Source of the DNA: Azolla caroliniana
Lineage: Eukaryota > Plantae > Polypodiophyta
DNA length: 64,000 nucleotides
Assembly: GCA_043228905.1 (NCBI GenBank)
Contig: JBHGNT010000071.1
Coordinates: 57,589-121,588 of the forward strand
Direction of reading: 5' to 3'
The translations under genes and the position numbers were made by a program. Every line of letters begins with the position of its first letter. Positions within the stretch are counted from its first letter, which is position 1. Below are positions 38,510 through 51,101 of this stretch, one piece after another. The notes under the pieces are model-generated. The model had not been told where the DNA came from. It did no database searches and was given only the letters and a program-made list of their open reading frames with translations.

Positions 38510-39330
38510 TCTTTTCGGAAATGTCACTTACTACAGTGGAATGATTTTTGGAAATACCAATAGTACCCTTGGTAATTTTCAGAAATATCAAAACTACCCT
38601 TCCAGGTTTAAACTTTATCTTCTTCTTCTTCTACTATTCGGAAATGTCACAACTACGCTTAGTGGTTTTTGGAAATATCAAAACCAGCTTTGTCCCGAAA
38701 TATCAATACCGCCCTTAGTGCACTTTTAGAAAAATTTGATGATGCAAACCCTTGGTGGTTCGTGATTTTGGAAATATTAACATTGCCCTTGCTTGGTTTT
38801 GGAAATCTCAATAGTAGCCTCGCAAGATTCCATAAAGGAATCCAAAAGGTATTTGCAAAGTTGAATGGAGGAATAATCATGACAATCACGATTGGCAAAT
38901 CTTTCGAGGATCTAAAGATTTTCTTCGGCAATATGGATAAATAACTAAGAAGAGACTCTAGGTTCATTTGTAAACATATCCATGTTTTACATTTTCCAAA
39001 TGGTGAGAAGTTAGAACCCTAAGACCTTCTCTTAATAGTTGGTTTAGGGTACCTTTGTCACCTCATGGTGTAGCATGCAGTAACTAGTTCTTATTTGGAA
39101 AGTTGCAACTTCCTAACATGTATCGTCCCTACTCAAACCAAAAATTTGGCTCACTCTACCCTTGTTGGTTTTTGGAAATTTCAAGAGTATACGATGATTT
39201 CTAGGAATTTAGCTCAGTAGCTTTTAGACATATCAATACTAGTCTTGGTGGTTTCTCAAAATTTCACTTCGTGGCTTTTAGATATATCAATATGACCCTT
39301 GGTGGTTTCGAGAAATATGAATACTACTAT
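38510..39330. repeat. Degenerate array of an approximately 31-bp unit (GTGGTTTTTGGAAATATCAATANTACCCTT-like) upstream of the HMA gene
   Basis: Recognisable units at about 38543, 38575, 38662, 38763, 38793, 39165, 39217, 39271 and 39302. Confidence 0.65.
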
Positions 39331-40524
39331 TGGGGCAAAAATAATCTAGAACCATTAAGCATTTCTTAGATATTTTATTTTTAACAATTAAAAACTAGAT
39401 TCCTCACTACTACATTGCCGATCAAAGCTTGATTAAGTACCTGAATCCCAAGTAAGATCATATACACTTCAATCATGTGGCATGATTACTTAATAAGAGT
39501 ACTAGATTGCCCAACAAATTAGTCTATGAAGAACGGTTGGAAAGCCCAGATGCTCCCTTGCAAGCTCGCAAATAAACCCTAGTGCTTGTTTTTATGGGCA
39601 AAGATTATACAAAACACACATTATGAAAATGACACAATGTTTGAGAGCGGCCAAATTTTATAGTTTTTCTTTATTTCACCAATTCCCATAAACTCCACAT
39701 AAAGAAAATATGTGCATTGTGTGTGTGTGGTAGCAAGTGGTAGCAATAGGTTCTTACATTTGAAGACCAGCACAGGTTTCTAAAACCCAAGTCCTACTTC
39801 AAGGCTAATAAGTGTTTTATTTGTCAAGCAAAAGGTTCCCCCTTGCCTACTCCCTCAGTCATAGAGGGAGAAACAATGATTCAATATGAGGCAAAGTTCT
39901 CAACTTTATTGAAAGAAAAAGAAATTATACCATATAGACTCTATCTAGGGTCACTTTATTGATTGTTATCTGTACACAAACTCTGCTACAATGTACATAA
40001 AAATTTGAACAATGCGTGCAAAATTTATCAATATACCACTTTACATTCTCTCTCTCTCTCTCTCCACACTAAATCGAACATCAACTTACCCACATTTATT
40101 CCCTACATCAGTGGTAAGGACATTGCTGCCAAAAAGTTGTCTTTGTTTGATTTCTTCTTTTAGTGGCAATATTCAAATCATCATGCCACCAGAAGTAATA
40201 AAATAGCATTTCATTTTCAAAAAACAGATTTATGTCAACATTTTGTGATCTTGATGATAGAAAGTGGGTTCACACACGAAGGATTTCCCCATTATTACTG
40301 GAAAAAGTCAAATTTCAAATGTTGCTCAGGACGTCTGTCCATTCATAACTAAACTAACAATTGAGGATCAAAATGCTGTTCATTAAATCATTCTCCATAA
40401 CAAAAGTGAGAAAGAGAACAGTTAAATCTCAAACATGGTTGAGAGCAATTAGGATTTTCATAGAGATGGCTCACATACAATACATGTATTCCTCACTTTA
40501 TGCCAAGTTAATAAGAAATTGTAA

Positions 40525-43500
40525 TCAATGATGGCTATGACCATGACTATGATCATGATGACAATGACTATGATCATGATGGCTATGACCATGATCATGA
40601 TGGCTATGACCATGACTATGATCATGATGGCAATGACTATGATCATGATCATGATAATGACCATGGTCATGGTGGTGGTCATGCTCATGATCATATGGTC
40701 TAGGAAATAGTAGCTTCAATCGGAATGCATCAACACCATTCAAGTAATATTTGTGAAGTCTCTTGGCACGAGTAAATCCAAGATTTCCATACAAGGCAAG
40801 GGCGCCCTTGTTTGTCACTTCAGCCTCCAATGTCACCTGCAGGCTCAAATTGAAATTTATGAGTGGGTGTTAACCTTTATAAAGGAGAAACCTATCCAAA
40901 CACAAAGAATATATACCTCTTCACAACCTGATTCATGCATAACTTGTATCGCTCTCGTTACAAGTTCAGTTGCTGCATCCAGCATGTCACTTGAGTGAGA
41001 TTTTAATGAGTTTTCTTATACCACTAAATTCAATGATGAATTTAAACATACTAGAATCTCATACCTCTCAGTACAGGTGAAATAGGAAAGCAAAGAAACA
41101 AATGCACAAAAAACTCAAATGTTTTTCAATTTAAATAATCAAGAACAAAATTTCTAGTAATGAGTATTGGCTCTTTACGTTCTAACCTCATTGTCTCTTG
41201 CGGCAATCGGCTACATTTAGTGTCGCTTCTTCCCACAAAAAATACATTCAATATCAGATCAAGATTTTGGCATAGTCTGTCTTATATTAATGGTATCTTT
41301 TTCGCCGCACAAGCAATTAAGAACTTCATCCCTAAAAGCCACAGGAACCAAGTATAAATTTTCTAATATGATAGAATTGTGAACGCAAGATTAGGGCATG
41401 GCCCATCTCACACGACATCTTTTCCCCATGTATTCTTAGCAAGACAATGATGTCTCCACCTCACAAAAAATTAAGGACTTACTCTCGAAAACCAGGCAGA
41501 AACAAATACAACTTCTCTATTATGATAGAATCATAAAAGCTTTGCACTGACAAAAGGTTGGAATGATGCATACTTGCAAGTTCCCCAAACCTCCAAGATC
41601 CTCAATTTGTACATGGTAGATCTCTCATCATCAATGAGTAATCATTCAGTAATAGATATTACTACAACGATTAGGGGATACGAGAAATGGAAAATTACGG
41701 TGGAAAAAGTGGGAAATCGGGCATTGTTCTGTTAAAAAGCCCATTCATCTTTCAGATCATGGTGTTCAATAGGGAATCATCTGTACATCATAGAATCCCA
41801 TGATCATAGCTCGGCTTAACAAGCAAGAATCTCCAAAAAAACACTGCTCTCATTTGCAAAAACAGGAGGCAATCAGACTAGAGAAAACCAAAAGAGAAGT
41901 CTTTCATTCCAGAACATTTAGTGCCACTGCTTATATTGCAACAATCTTGAAATCTGACATCACATCAACAACCATTAGAAGTGTCTGCACTTGCCACAAC
42001 CACAACTACAATACGTTTACCTCATTTAGTTCACAAACCACAACTAGATTATGCTTCACCTCATTTAGTTCTCCTATAAAACTGAAAACTGTCTCAATGA
42101 CATGAACTACCTACAGAAAAGCGCAAGCTAATGTGGAAGTTCAAAGAAATGAAGCAACATAACAGATGCGAAGAAAAACACCCATGGCAAGAATGAACCA
42201 TGGAAATTAACATGGGAATGGTGAGTATGGATGTTGTCAGTTGGTAACCTTAGTCAATGGAGGGCAGAAGGTTGTGTGTTATAACCCCCGTTAAGTTCCA
42301 CATAGTCATCTAGTAAAGCTAGTGCAGTCTGTAAGAATTTAACCCATGTGGATGGGTTAATACAAACATAGCTTACAACCAGGATACAGTTCATTATACG
42401 AAAAAATAATAAGATTATAAAGAGTTAGGGAAACTTAAGTTGAATGCTTAGTAAAATCATAACAAAAGATTACCTATTCCTCTTCCTCGAAATGGTTTTA
42501 CAACGACTAGCATCGCAATATATCCTCTGAATGTGTTTCTATGTTGACCCATTTTACACACAATGGTTCCAACACAAGTGTCTTCATGGAAAGCCTGAGA
42601 TATAAAGTAATAAATCAAAGAAACAAACCACCACCTTCCTTGGGAAGTTGCTAAAAATAACCTCAGTTATATCATTATTATTATTTATAACTTATTTCCC
42701 ACATAAAAAACAGGTACTAAGTTTCTCTTTAGATCAATTTTATTATTTACCAAAATGATCCATCTTTCTGGCATCTAATGTAATAATTCTAACACTGTAT
42801 GTTTAACACAAAGGAAAGGCTGGTCAAGCACGTTTTAATTTTGTTTGCAGCAGTGCCAAACTCATCTCTTTATTGCTTAGGTTTTTTATGTCACAAATCT
42901 CATGAAAGAAGAAGGTTTTTCTAAATCATTCTCCTTCGGTATTGTGATCAAAGCAACCATTTGAAACGTTTGTTACATGTTTTCTATACCCAATCAATTG
43001 AATCGAAACCCCACAAATTACTAATTCTTCCATGAATACATCGATTTATTTTGTAACAAGGAAAAAATCTCTTCTAATTCTTCCATGAATACATCAATTG
43101 ATTTAGTAACAAAGAAAAAACCTCTCCTAATACTTCCATGAATACATCAATTGATTTAGTAACAAGGAAAAAAATTGTCCAAAACACTCCCAAGTTTTCC
43201 TTCACGTACCTGACTGACCCTAAGTTTTCCTTGATTTTACCCAAATGCACTGGAGATTTTCCTTTATTTCTTGAAATGAAATCACCACCCAGGGGAAGGT
43301 ATCGAAAAATGTTAACTAGCTTAGATTGCAAAGTGTTATGGATCTCGTGAATTCAGAGTGACAAGCATAGGGTGAAGTGAGGATCTGTAGAATGTGCTCA
43401 GAAAGGCCAAATGGTTCGAAGGAGAAAGGACCTTTTGTTGAGACGGATGAAACTAGCCAAAAATTCTCATTTCACATGAAATCAGCGACAATATAGATGG

Positions 43501-43988
43501 TTCTGGATGATGCCCTTGAACACCCTCGTCTCTAGCAATTGTATGTACTATTTTAAGAGTGCATGTTCCTTATACAAATCCAAGTGAATCAAAACTCCCT
43601 GATACTAGTACTTCCATACATACATATGTTGATTTGGTGAAAAGGAAAAGGAAAAAATCCTCGAGGTACCCCAAAGTTTTTCTTCCCCCAAATGCCTCTT
43701 GAGTTCTCAATTGTTTCGCTGATTGACGTACCATTAAGAAATGTATATACGAGAGAAAGAAAGAAAAAAGAGGAGAAAAGTCACGGACGTGCATACCATG
43801 AAGCAGAGTTGTGGCCAGATGGTGATGAAGTAACGGTAAGTGAAGATAGAGTAAGGCTCACTGAGTTCATCGTCAACGAGTGCCATGATCGACGGCAGCT
43901 GTTCTTCTCCTTCATAGCTCACGTAACGAACGGCGGTCTGCGTCTTTCCAGTGATCTCCTCTACTGCTGCGACTGCTGCATCCACCAT
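40525..43988 (-). CDS. NAA30: N-alpha-acetyltransferase 30 (NatC catalytic subunit, MAK3), about 226 aa, 4 exons, His-rich C-terminal tail
   Basis: Exons 43988-43797, 42594-42474, 40972-40917 and 40836-40525 join in phase. [21 protein letters not shown]|[25 protein letters not shown]|ATELV..GCEE|[42 protein letters not shown]. Confidence 0.96.
43021..43175. repeat. Tandem repeat of about 54 bp, 3 copies, in NAA30 intron 1
   Basis: CTAAT.CTTCCATGAATACATC.ATT.ATTT.GTAACAA.GAAAAAA at 43021, 43074 and 43127; a related single copy near 43605. Confidence 0.9.
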
Positions 43989-44449
43989 GTTTTTACACTG
44001 CTACAAAATGAAGAAGAAGGAAGGCGAGGAAGGAAGAAGAAAAAGACCCCAATTACCACACACCTCTCGGGGGCAGCCAAATATAAAATACAAAAAGATT
44101 CCGAGGGCATTTCCGGTAAATACAAAAAAGCTTCTTCACGGCACTCCTACTTGCACTAACAATGTTATTATTAACATACATACATGTATCTCAAGAATGA
44201 TATTTCTTCAAGATGTCCGCTTTTCCATCACATTGCTCGTCACCCCCTTGCTCTTCGACTCCGTCCACCATAACTGTAATATACGCCCAGAAAATGCTCA
44301 AACAAAAAATAATCAATCTTTTGTATGCATGCTTGCGATCCTAAGATGATATTTAATCTTCATAGTGAATCGGGTCTGAAAGAATGTAAGTTTTACAATA
44401 GACACACACATGTATGTGTATGTACGAATATATGTATGTTTCTATCGAT

Positions 44450-44800
44450 GCTTGTGATTCTTGTATGATGTTATGAACATTCGTTTTTGGTGTTCCTCTC
44501 TCTTCGTGATATTGCTCATCACACCTCATTCTGATTTGTTTCGTGACGTATGGCAAAAGAACTAAAAAATGAGAAGATAATATTCTAAAAATGTGTGCGT
44601 GCACGAACACACATTGTGTATGTATTTGTATACAGTATCATGTGCATTTGCTTTTGTGTTCCTCTCTTCCATGAGATTGCTTGTCACAGCCTTGCACTTG
44701 GACTTGGTCCAACATGTCATGGTGAAAGACCTCAAGGAAATTTGGTCTTCCGATTCTTGCATGATATCATGAGCATTCGGTTTTGTGTTCATCTTTCTCT
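44450..44800. repeat. Three diverged dispersed copies of an approximately 55-70 bp unit
   Basis: (GATTCTTG)..ATGAT.T.ATG..CATT..TTTTGTGTTC.TCT at about 44457, 44635 and 44752. Confidence 0.6.
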
Positions 44801-45254
44801 ATATTATTGGCAACATTAATGAATTGCAAGCATGCCTACAAGTTTATGTTTCTTAAAAATATTCGACCCTTATTCACAAACTTAGTTTTTGAATGTATCA
44901 AGAAAAACCTTACTAACAATCTTTCTTTATTCCCATAATTGTCCATAGGGTTTTCTTCTTGTTCTCGAGCAATTGCATTTGTTTATTTCGATAATTATGT
45001 GGTAGCTCATCTCCGTTTCCCATAATGATTTGTTTTCTTAGGGCAATAATAAATCATCCCCATTTTCTCTTCATATGGTTGATCAATGGCATTTGGGGAA
45101 ACAATGTTTTTTTTATTATATTTCCCAAAGCCATTCTTTCATCTCAAAATGGGACATTGGATATCCTTGCCTATGTGATCCACCACTCATAACCCATCAT
45201 GAAAACTGGCGAGATATCAGTGTGATTTAGTCAAGTAAAATATAATTAGCAAAT

Positions 45255-46000
45255 GCCCTAAAGGAGGTGTTGGCGATTTTTTATCAAATTGAAGAAAGTG
45301 CAGGTAGGGGACTTTCGTAAATTTCCTCAATGCAATCACATCCCTTGGTACCCTAGATTTGGGGTTGTCTATCCATGTAAGTATAATAAAATATGGTTAT
45401 GAATCAAACATTTATGTAGCAAGTGCTTTAGTTTATATGTATCCAAACAATGGTTGCTTGGAGGATTCACGTGTGATGTTCAACAAAATGTTCCATCCCG
45501 ATACTATAACATGGAACACAATTATTGATGGATTGGTGTAGCATGGTAATCCCCAAAAAGCATTAAAATGCTTTGAAAAAATGAAACAATAGAATGTGAT
45601 GGTAGATAACACAACATTCCTCGGTGTTCTTTCAACTGTAATCACGTTGAACTTGTGGGTGAATGATGGCATCATTTTAGTTCAATGAATTATGTTCATC
45701 ATATCTCACCAACAATAGAGCATTATGCTTATATGATTGATATCCTTGGTACATCGAGACATCTTGAAGCAACAACTAACTTGTTACAAAAGCTTCATGA
45801 TGAGCCTTCTTTATCATCATGGATGGTTATTTTAAGTGCTTGCCTACTTCACGAGAATGTTGATGTGGCAAAAGAAGCAATTGAATTTATCATCAAGTTG
45901 AAGCCACAAACAAAACTACGTATGTGTTGTTATCTAACATATATGTTGTCGAAGAGGGAAAAAAAAAGAAAAAGCAAGGTTTTTTTTTTTTCTTACTTAT
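45255..46000 (+). pseudogene. Degenerate C-terminal fragment of a PLS-E class PPR gene
   Basis: SIHVSIIKYGYESNIYVASALVYMY..GCLEDSRVMF..WNTII, stops at about 45539 and 45590, then PTIEHYAYMIDILG..W..ILSACLLHENVDVA (E motifs); frameshifted. Confidence 0.85.
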
Positions 46001-48789
46001 CATTACCTAGAAAGATTGGCTAGGGTCATATGTAATATTGGACTATTTTGTATATTGCCTCTGACCACTTTAATTTAAATACCAATGGAGGATATTTTTT
46101 CATAAAAGAAATAAAAATAGCAAATGAACCAAAGCCAATATATTGATCTAAAATAATCAAGATTAGGAAACACGGAGATCATATGGCAAGCAAACATTTC
46201 CAATATCAATGGGTTTGCGACATATCCCAAATATTGACATGGATGTGAAAACAAGGCCGTGGTGTCTTGATAAGATATCGAATGCATGACTAGTTCCGAT
46301 AATTTAATGGCCCAAATTGACCTTATCCCAAATCTAGTCTTGACAGACTCTTTATTATGCCCAAGTAAGTGAAAACTAGTTAATGAAGGAAGCCCCCCCC
46401 AACTTGAAAACTGGATTGCTACTTATAAGATTGGCAAGAGAACCGAACATGTGACTGGCTCCGGCCATCCGATGTCTCCCATGTTGGCCATATCCCAAAT
46501 CAAGCGTTGATCGTATTGTCTTTGTTGTGCCCGAGTGAGAGCACAGTGGCTAGTGACAGAAACCCCGCCATCGGAAATCGGGTCGGTACTTCTTATTATC
46601 AGATAAGGTCCCCACAAAACCCTGTTAGAGATCCTTCGTAGGGATGGTAATGGTAATGGTATTTCTGTAGTATGGTATGCCTCCATTTCTGTCACTGATA
46701 ACAAACAAAGCATTTTCTTCATTTATCTCTATCATATGCATAAGTGTTAACAACCTTAAATCACCCACACTCGCGCTCGCGCACGCACAAATACGGTATC
46801 AGACAGAAGAAGAAGAACACGATGATTACAAGGAAATCTGACACGTCTAGAGATTACAGTATATCTGATGGTATACTCATTGTTGATCATGTGTCTAGAA
46901 GAGCCGAATCCAACTCTCTGCTAAGTAAGTGTCATTCTTTTCTCATTTCTTCCTCTTCCTCTTCCTCTTCTCCAGTCTCCTTTTCTTTTTCTTTGTTGTT
47001 GATTTAGATATATGTATACTCTCTATGTGATGACCTTGTATATGAATTTGTTGATATGTTTAAGGAGAAAACTGGTCATTTGAATGTGAAACCAGCTCAC
47101 ACGGTGAAAAATTCTTCTCTCTCTCTCTCTCATCACATTTCATCCTTTCTTGTCTTCTTCGGTTAAGATCAAATGCCTCATAATTCATCATTCTAATTTA
47201 TTAACTTTTCGGGTGTATGTTTTCTCTTAGTAATTCATTGCTCTAATTCCTCAGTCTTTTTGGGCAGAGGTGTTTTGCTTAATAGTTCATCAGTCAAATG
47301 TCTTGACTTTTTTGGCCGAAGTTGCATTAATTTCTTAGTGTTTTTGGTTGATACTTAATTGCGTTATTTTCTTAGTCGTAATTCTTGTATTTATGGTTTT
47401 TTTTGATTTTTTTTCTCAATAAATGCATTTTGATTCACTGTTTTTGGGTCAATTATTTCTTAGCCTATTCATTTTTGGGGATTCTTTAGCAGCTATTATT
47501 CTTGTTTCTGTAGGGTTGAGCACCATTTTTCTAAGTAAGCTTATTGCTGCTCTTTGTTTTTGGATTGAGTTTCTTTTGCTTACTAGTCTGTGGCCGGCCT
47601 TCAAATGAATAAATTAACACTTAACAATCTGTGTTTCTCATTCCACATGCAGCCCTGAAAAGTAGGCTGATTGTATTTAGAAGCGGCAACTTCACAAAAA
47701 TTTCTCTTTCTAAAGAAAAAGTAACTTCAAAATTTCTTGCTTTTTGGAAGAGCTATCTCCTGTAAACTCATTGCTGTTTCTCGTTTTTGGATTTAGGTTT
47801 CTTGGGTTCTTCATTTGTGATTAATGTTATGTTTTTTTGTAGGACTTTGCACAACCAAATATTAAGGAGGCATTTGATAAGTGTATTGGCAAAGGGGCCA
47901 CAAGAGTCATCATCTCCCCCTATTTCCTTTCTCCTGGTATACATTGGGATAGGGTATGTATAAAGGTCAATATACACACACACTAGAAAATAGTCGTAAT
48001 ATATTTCTTGAATATTTTTTCCTTAGCATTAGACATTGTGGTAAGTTATTGGGTATTGAGTTTATGAATGCCAACAACCCCACACACATGAACAATAAGA
48101 TGAGATACATTCAATTCTATGTGAGGTAATCATTTAGGTTAACTGATTCTTGTACAAGAAAGAACCTTATGGTTAAGCCTTTAACTACATCCACTGAGTT
48201 GTATGTGTATCCTGCAGCAAGGAGCACATGAGGGATACTTTACTTTATAGTAAATCCTTGCCATTGTCACACTTAAATGCTCTTCATTATATATTTCTAT
48301 TCGGATGGAAAGCTAGACAAGTTGAAACAACATGGAAGTTCATGATACCACCATGCTAGATTCCAATGAACTTTTGGACAGTGTGCCAGTGCTAGATGTT
48401 GAGCTCATGGAAATGATAAATCTAAATGGCCTGATGTTGATGATAACACCATCACCGTGCATTTTCATGCATGGGTAAGGCATAACACTGTTGATCTGCA
48501 CACAATCATTGAAGGAGCAATTGATTTCGTTTTGCCATTAGTTCAATATATAATGAAGATGGTGGATGTCTAGAAAATTCTTTGCAATGACTTTGAGACC
48601 AATAAAAAAACTGAGGTCCAATTTCTCTAGCATTAGTAGTCCTTTGAGTAGATGAGGGATGGTAAGAAGGCGGAAAAGTTAAATCACAAGGATAAAATGC
48701 CTTTGAGATCAGTTAGCAATACTTGAGGTGATGAAGACAGTCATTACTTTCGTGGGAAGATGATGAATAAACAGATAGAATGGAATTCC

Positions 48790-49320
48790 AGATTGTAGAC
48801 AATTATAGTTGGATGATGTGAGCGTGCTTTTTCAAGAAAATGGCCGAAGAACATGGAAAGTCTAGAAAGTGGCATAGGATGGTGTAGAAGTAACAATTCT
48901 TGAAGGCAAAGTCTTTTTGAACTGATCAAGGAGGAGAGTTTCTTTCAAATCAATTTGAGGAGTCTGTATCAACTGAAGGAATTTGGGGGTAGTTAAGTGC
49001 ACTGTATATCCCACAACAGGAATGGAGTACCCAAACATTGGAATCAAGCCGGAATGGAAATGTCCTTATTTATATTCAAAAGAACAGAACTGCATAACTG
49101 TTTCTACGTGCAGGAAGTATGTACTGCTGTCTACATACTTAAATTGAAATTTCAGGAAAGCTGTGGTGTGTATGACTCTGCTAGAAGCTTATTTAACTAT
49201 AAAACCTTTTGCCACACGTGTTTGGAAATTCAGTTCGTCAAATACAATTCAGAGTCGAAGTCGTACAGATTCTATTATTCAACTATAAGAAAGGTGACAT
49301 GTAGCTGAGACTGGAATTCT
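48790..49320 (+). mobile_element. Highly degenerate Ty1/copia integrase-region remnant
   Basis: TCCCACAACAGGAATGGAGT resembles PQQNGV, and FVKYNSESKSYRFYYSTIRKVTCS*D matches the copia post-integrase FxGYxxxSKxYRxY...SRDV motif. Confidence 0.65.
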
Positions 49321-51101
49321 TAGACAAATTATTTGACTGAGGACCCAATGAGCCTTGAACACTTAGATGTAGCCGGATATGGAATGCTAATCATTGAGTG
49401 GGTAGATAGATTCCAAGAGTCTATACAGATTCATTGAACAACTAACAACTTCTATGAACATCGTGAATGTGTTTAGTTGTTCACCCTAACAACTTCTATG
49501 AACATTGTGAATGTGTTTACTTGGTCCTTTCACGTAGTGCTAGTTTGAATTTCATTGTCAAATTTCTTTAAGTTGTCTAGTTGAAAGTATTAATCATCTT
49601 ATTCTAGAAGCCATTACCAATATGAGAACCACCTACCTTCAACCCATACATTGCCGATTAGTAAATTGCTTGATCCTCTTGGATTCTGCGTCCTCCATTA
49701 ACTTTGTCATTCCCCCTTTTTCAAAGTTGAATCAGAGAGTTGTTGAGTTTCGGATAGATGAATCTTCCTATCTTCACAAAAAATCAGATTTCTATCAACC
49801 TCAACTTGATGACTCGCGTAGTACATCTTCTAATGTTTGGTGTTATTACACTATATGCATCGACGGGTGAAGTTTTCTTTTTTTCCTGCCTTAGGCTTTT
49901 ATGGACTTAAGCTTTCAGCTTTTTCTAACTTGGCGAATCTCAATGGAAAATCCCTCATGCTTTTGATTAATTCCTCAAGTAGTAATTATAGTTCTTTTCG
50001 TTTTTCTTCTCTCCCTCACGCATTTGATTCTTGTGTGAAATATCCGCAAGGAAATTCTTTGTCCATGTGCATGTTTATAGATTGTGGATGTGCTTATGTT
50101 CTTTCAACTTTGTGTAATCAACTGAAAGGTAAAGAATGAATGGAACATACAAGTAAGTGTGCTTTTGCTCTACTCGTTAAAGTTCTTGGAATAATATGAT
50201 ATGTTCTCCTAGGGAATTGATCATAATCTCTATGCCATGATCATCTTATGGTAGAAGGGAGTGCATATGTCGTTGCAATTAGTTAGACAAGGAAAGACAA
50301 TTTTAGTAGAGGGCTGACAAGAGTATTGCTGATCAAACGTCCACTCAAATTTTATTTCTATCAAAAAGGGCAAGGTGGCAAATGTTCAACCCCACAAATG
50401 TCAAAGTCAAGTCGTTTTATATTAGCTAACAAATCTACACATTTATTTCTTTGATTTTTCATCTAGTGTGAAAGAGCTAGACTTTTACTAGTCACAAAGG
50501 TGGTAGTTTGATGATAGATGATACCAAAGGTATAATTCAACAATTCCAAAATCATAAGGGGTAGCCTTGATATTACGCAAAACATGGGGTTATTACCTGT
50601 GATTTCCCTTATGTGATTAAATGTAGGTAAAATCATTGTTATACCATTACCTTTGCCAATTTACTCCCATATACATATATATGCTGGTGTTTTCAAACAT
50701 TACCAAAACAAGTGGAATAATTTCTTGATTAAGTAGCAATTCATAAGTTGATTAAATAATTCATGATCAATAATCTAAATAATTATGCAGCAGACTAATT
50801 AGTGATGAGTTGGTAAACTTCCATTAGAAAACAAAATGTAATTAGAACCAAATTAATGTCTGATTAGGCCTAGTTAATTTTGAAGGGTCTTTTGGTACAT
50901 TTTAGAAACTGAAAGCCAGGTGCAAAAGGTAAGGGTACTTTTTCTCATTCTTGGCTATGGTGAAACGATGTCGACACTAAGGTAAGAATCCGATTATCTC
51001 ACAGTCCTTTTTCGTTTTAAAATCCTAGAAGCAAGTTTTCTTTTTTAGGGTTAAATAAGGAGAAGGAGGCTTCCGTATAGGAAAAAAAACATGAGCAAAA
51101 G

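Noticed and set aside
40458-40710. Met/Thr/Ile-rich ORFs (40528-40710 + and 40458-40694 -)
   Set aside because: They are the antisense and alternate-frame readings of the NAA30 His-tail repeat.
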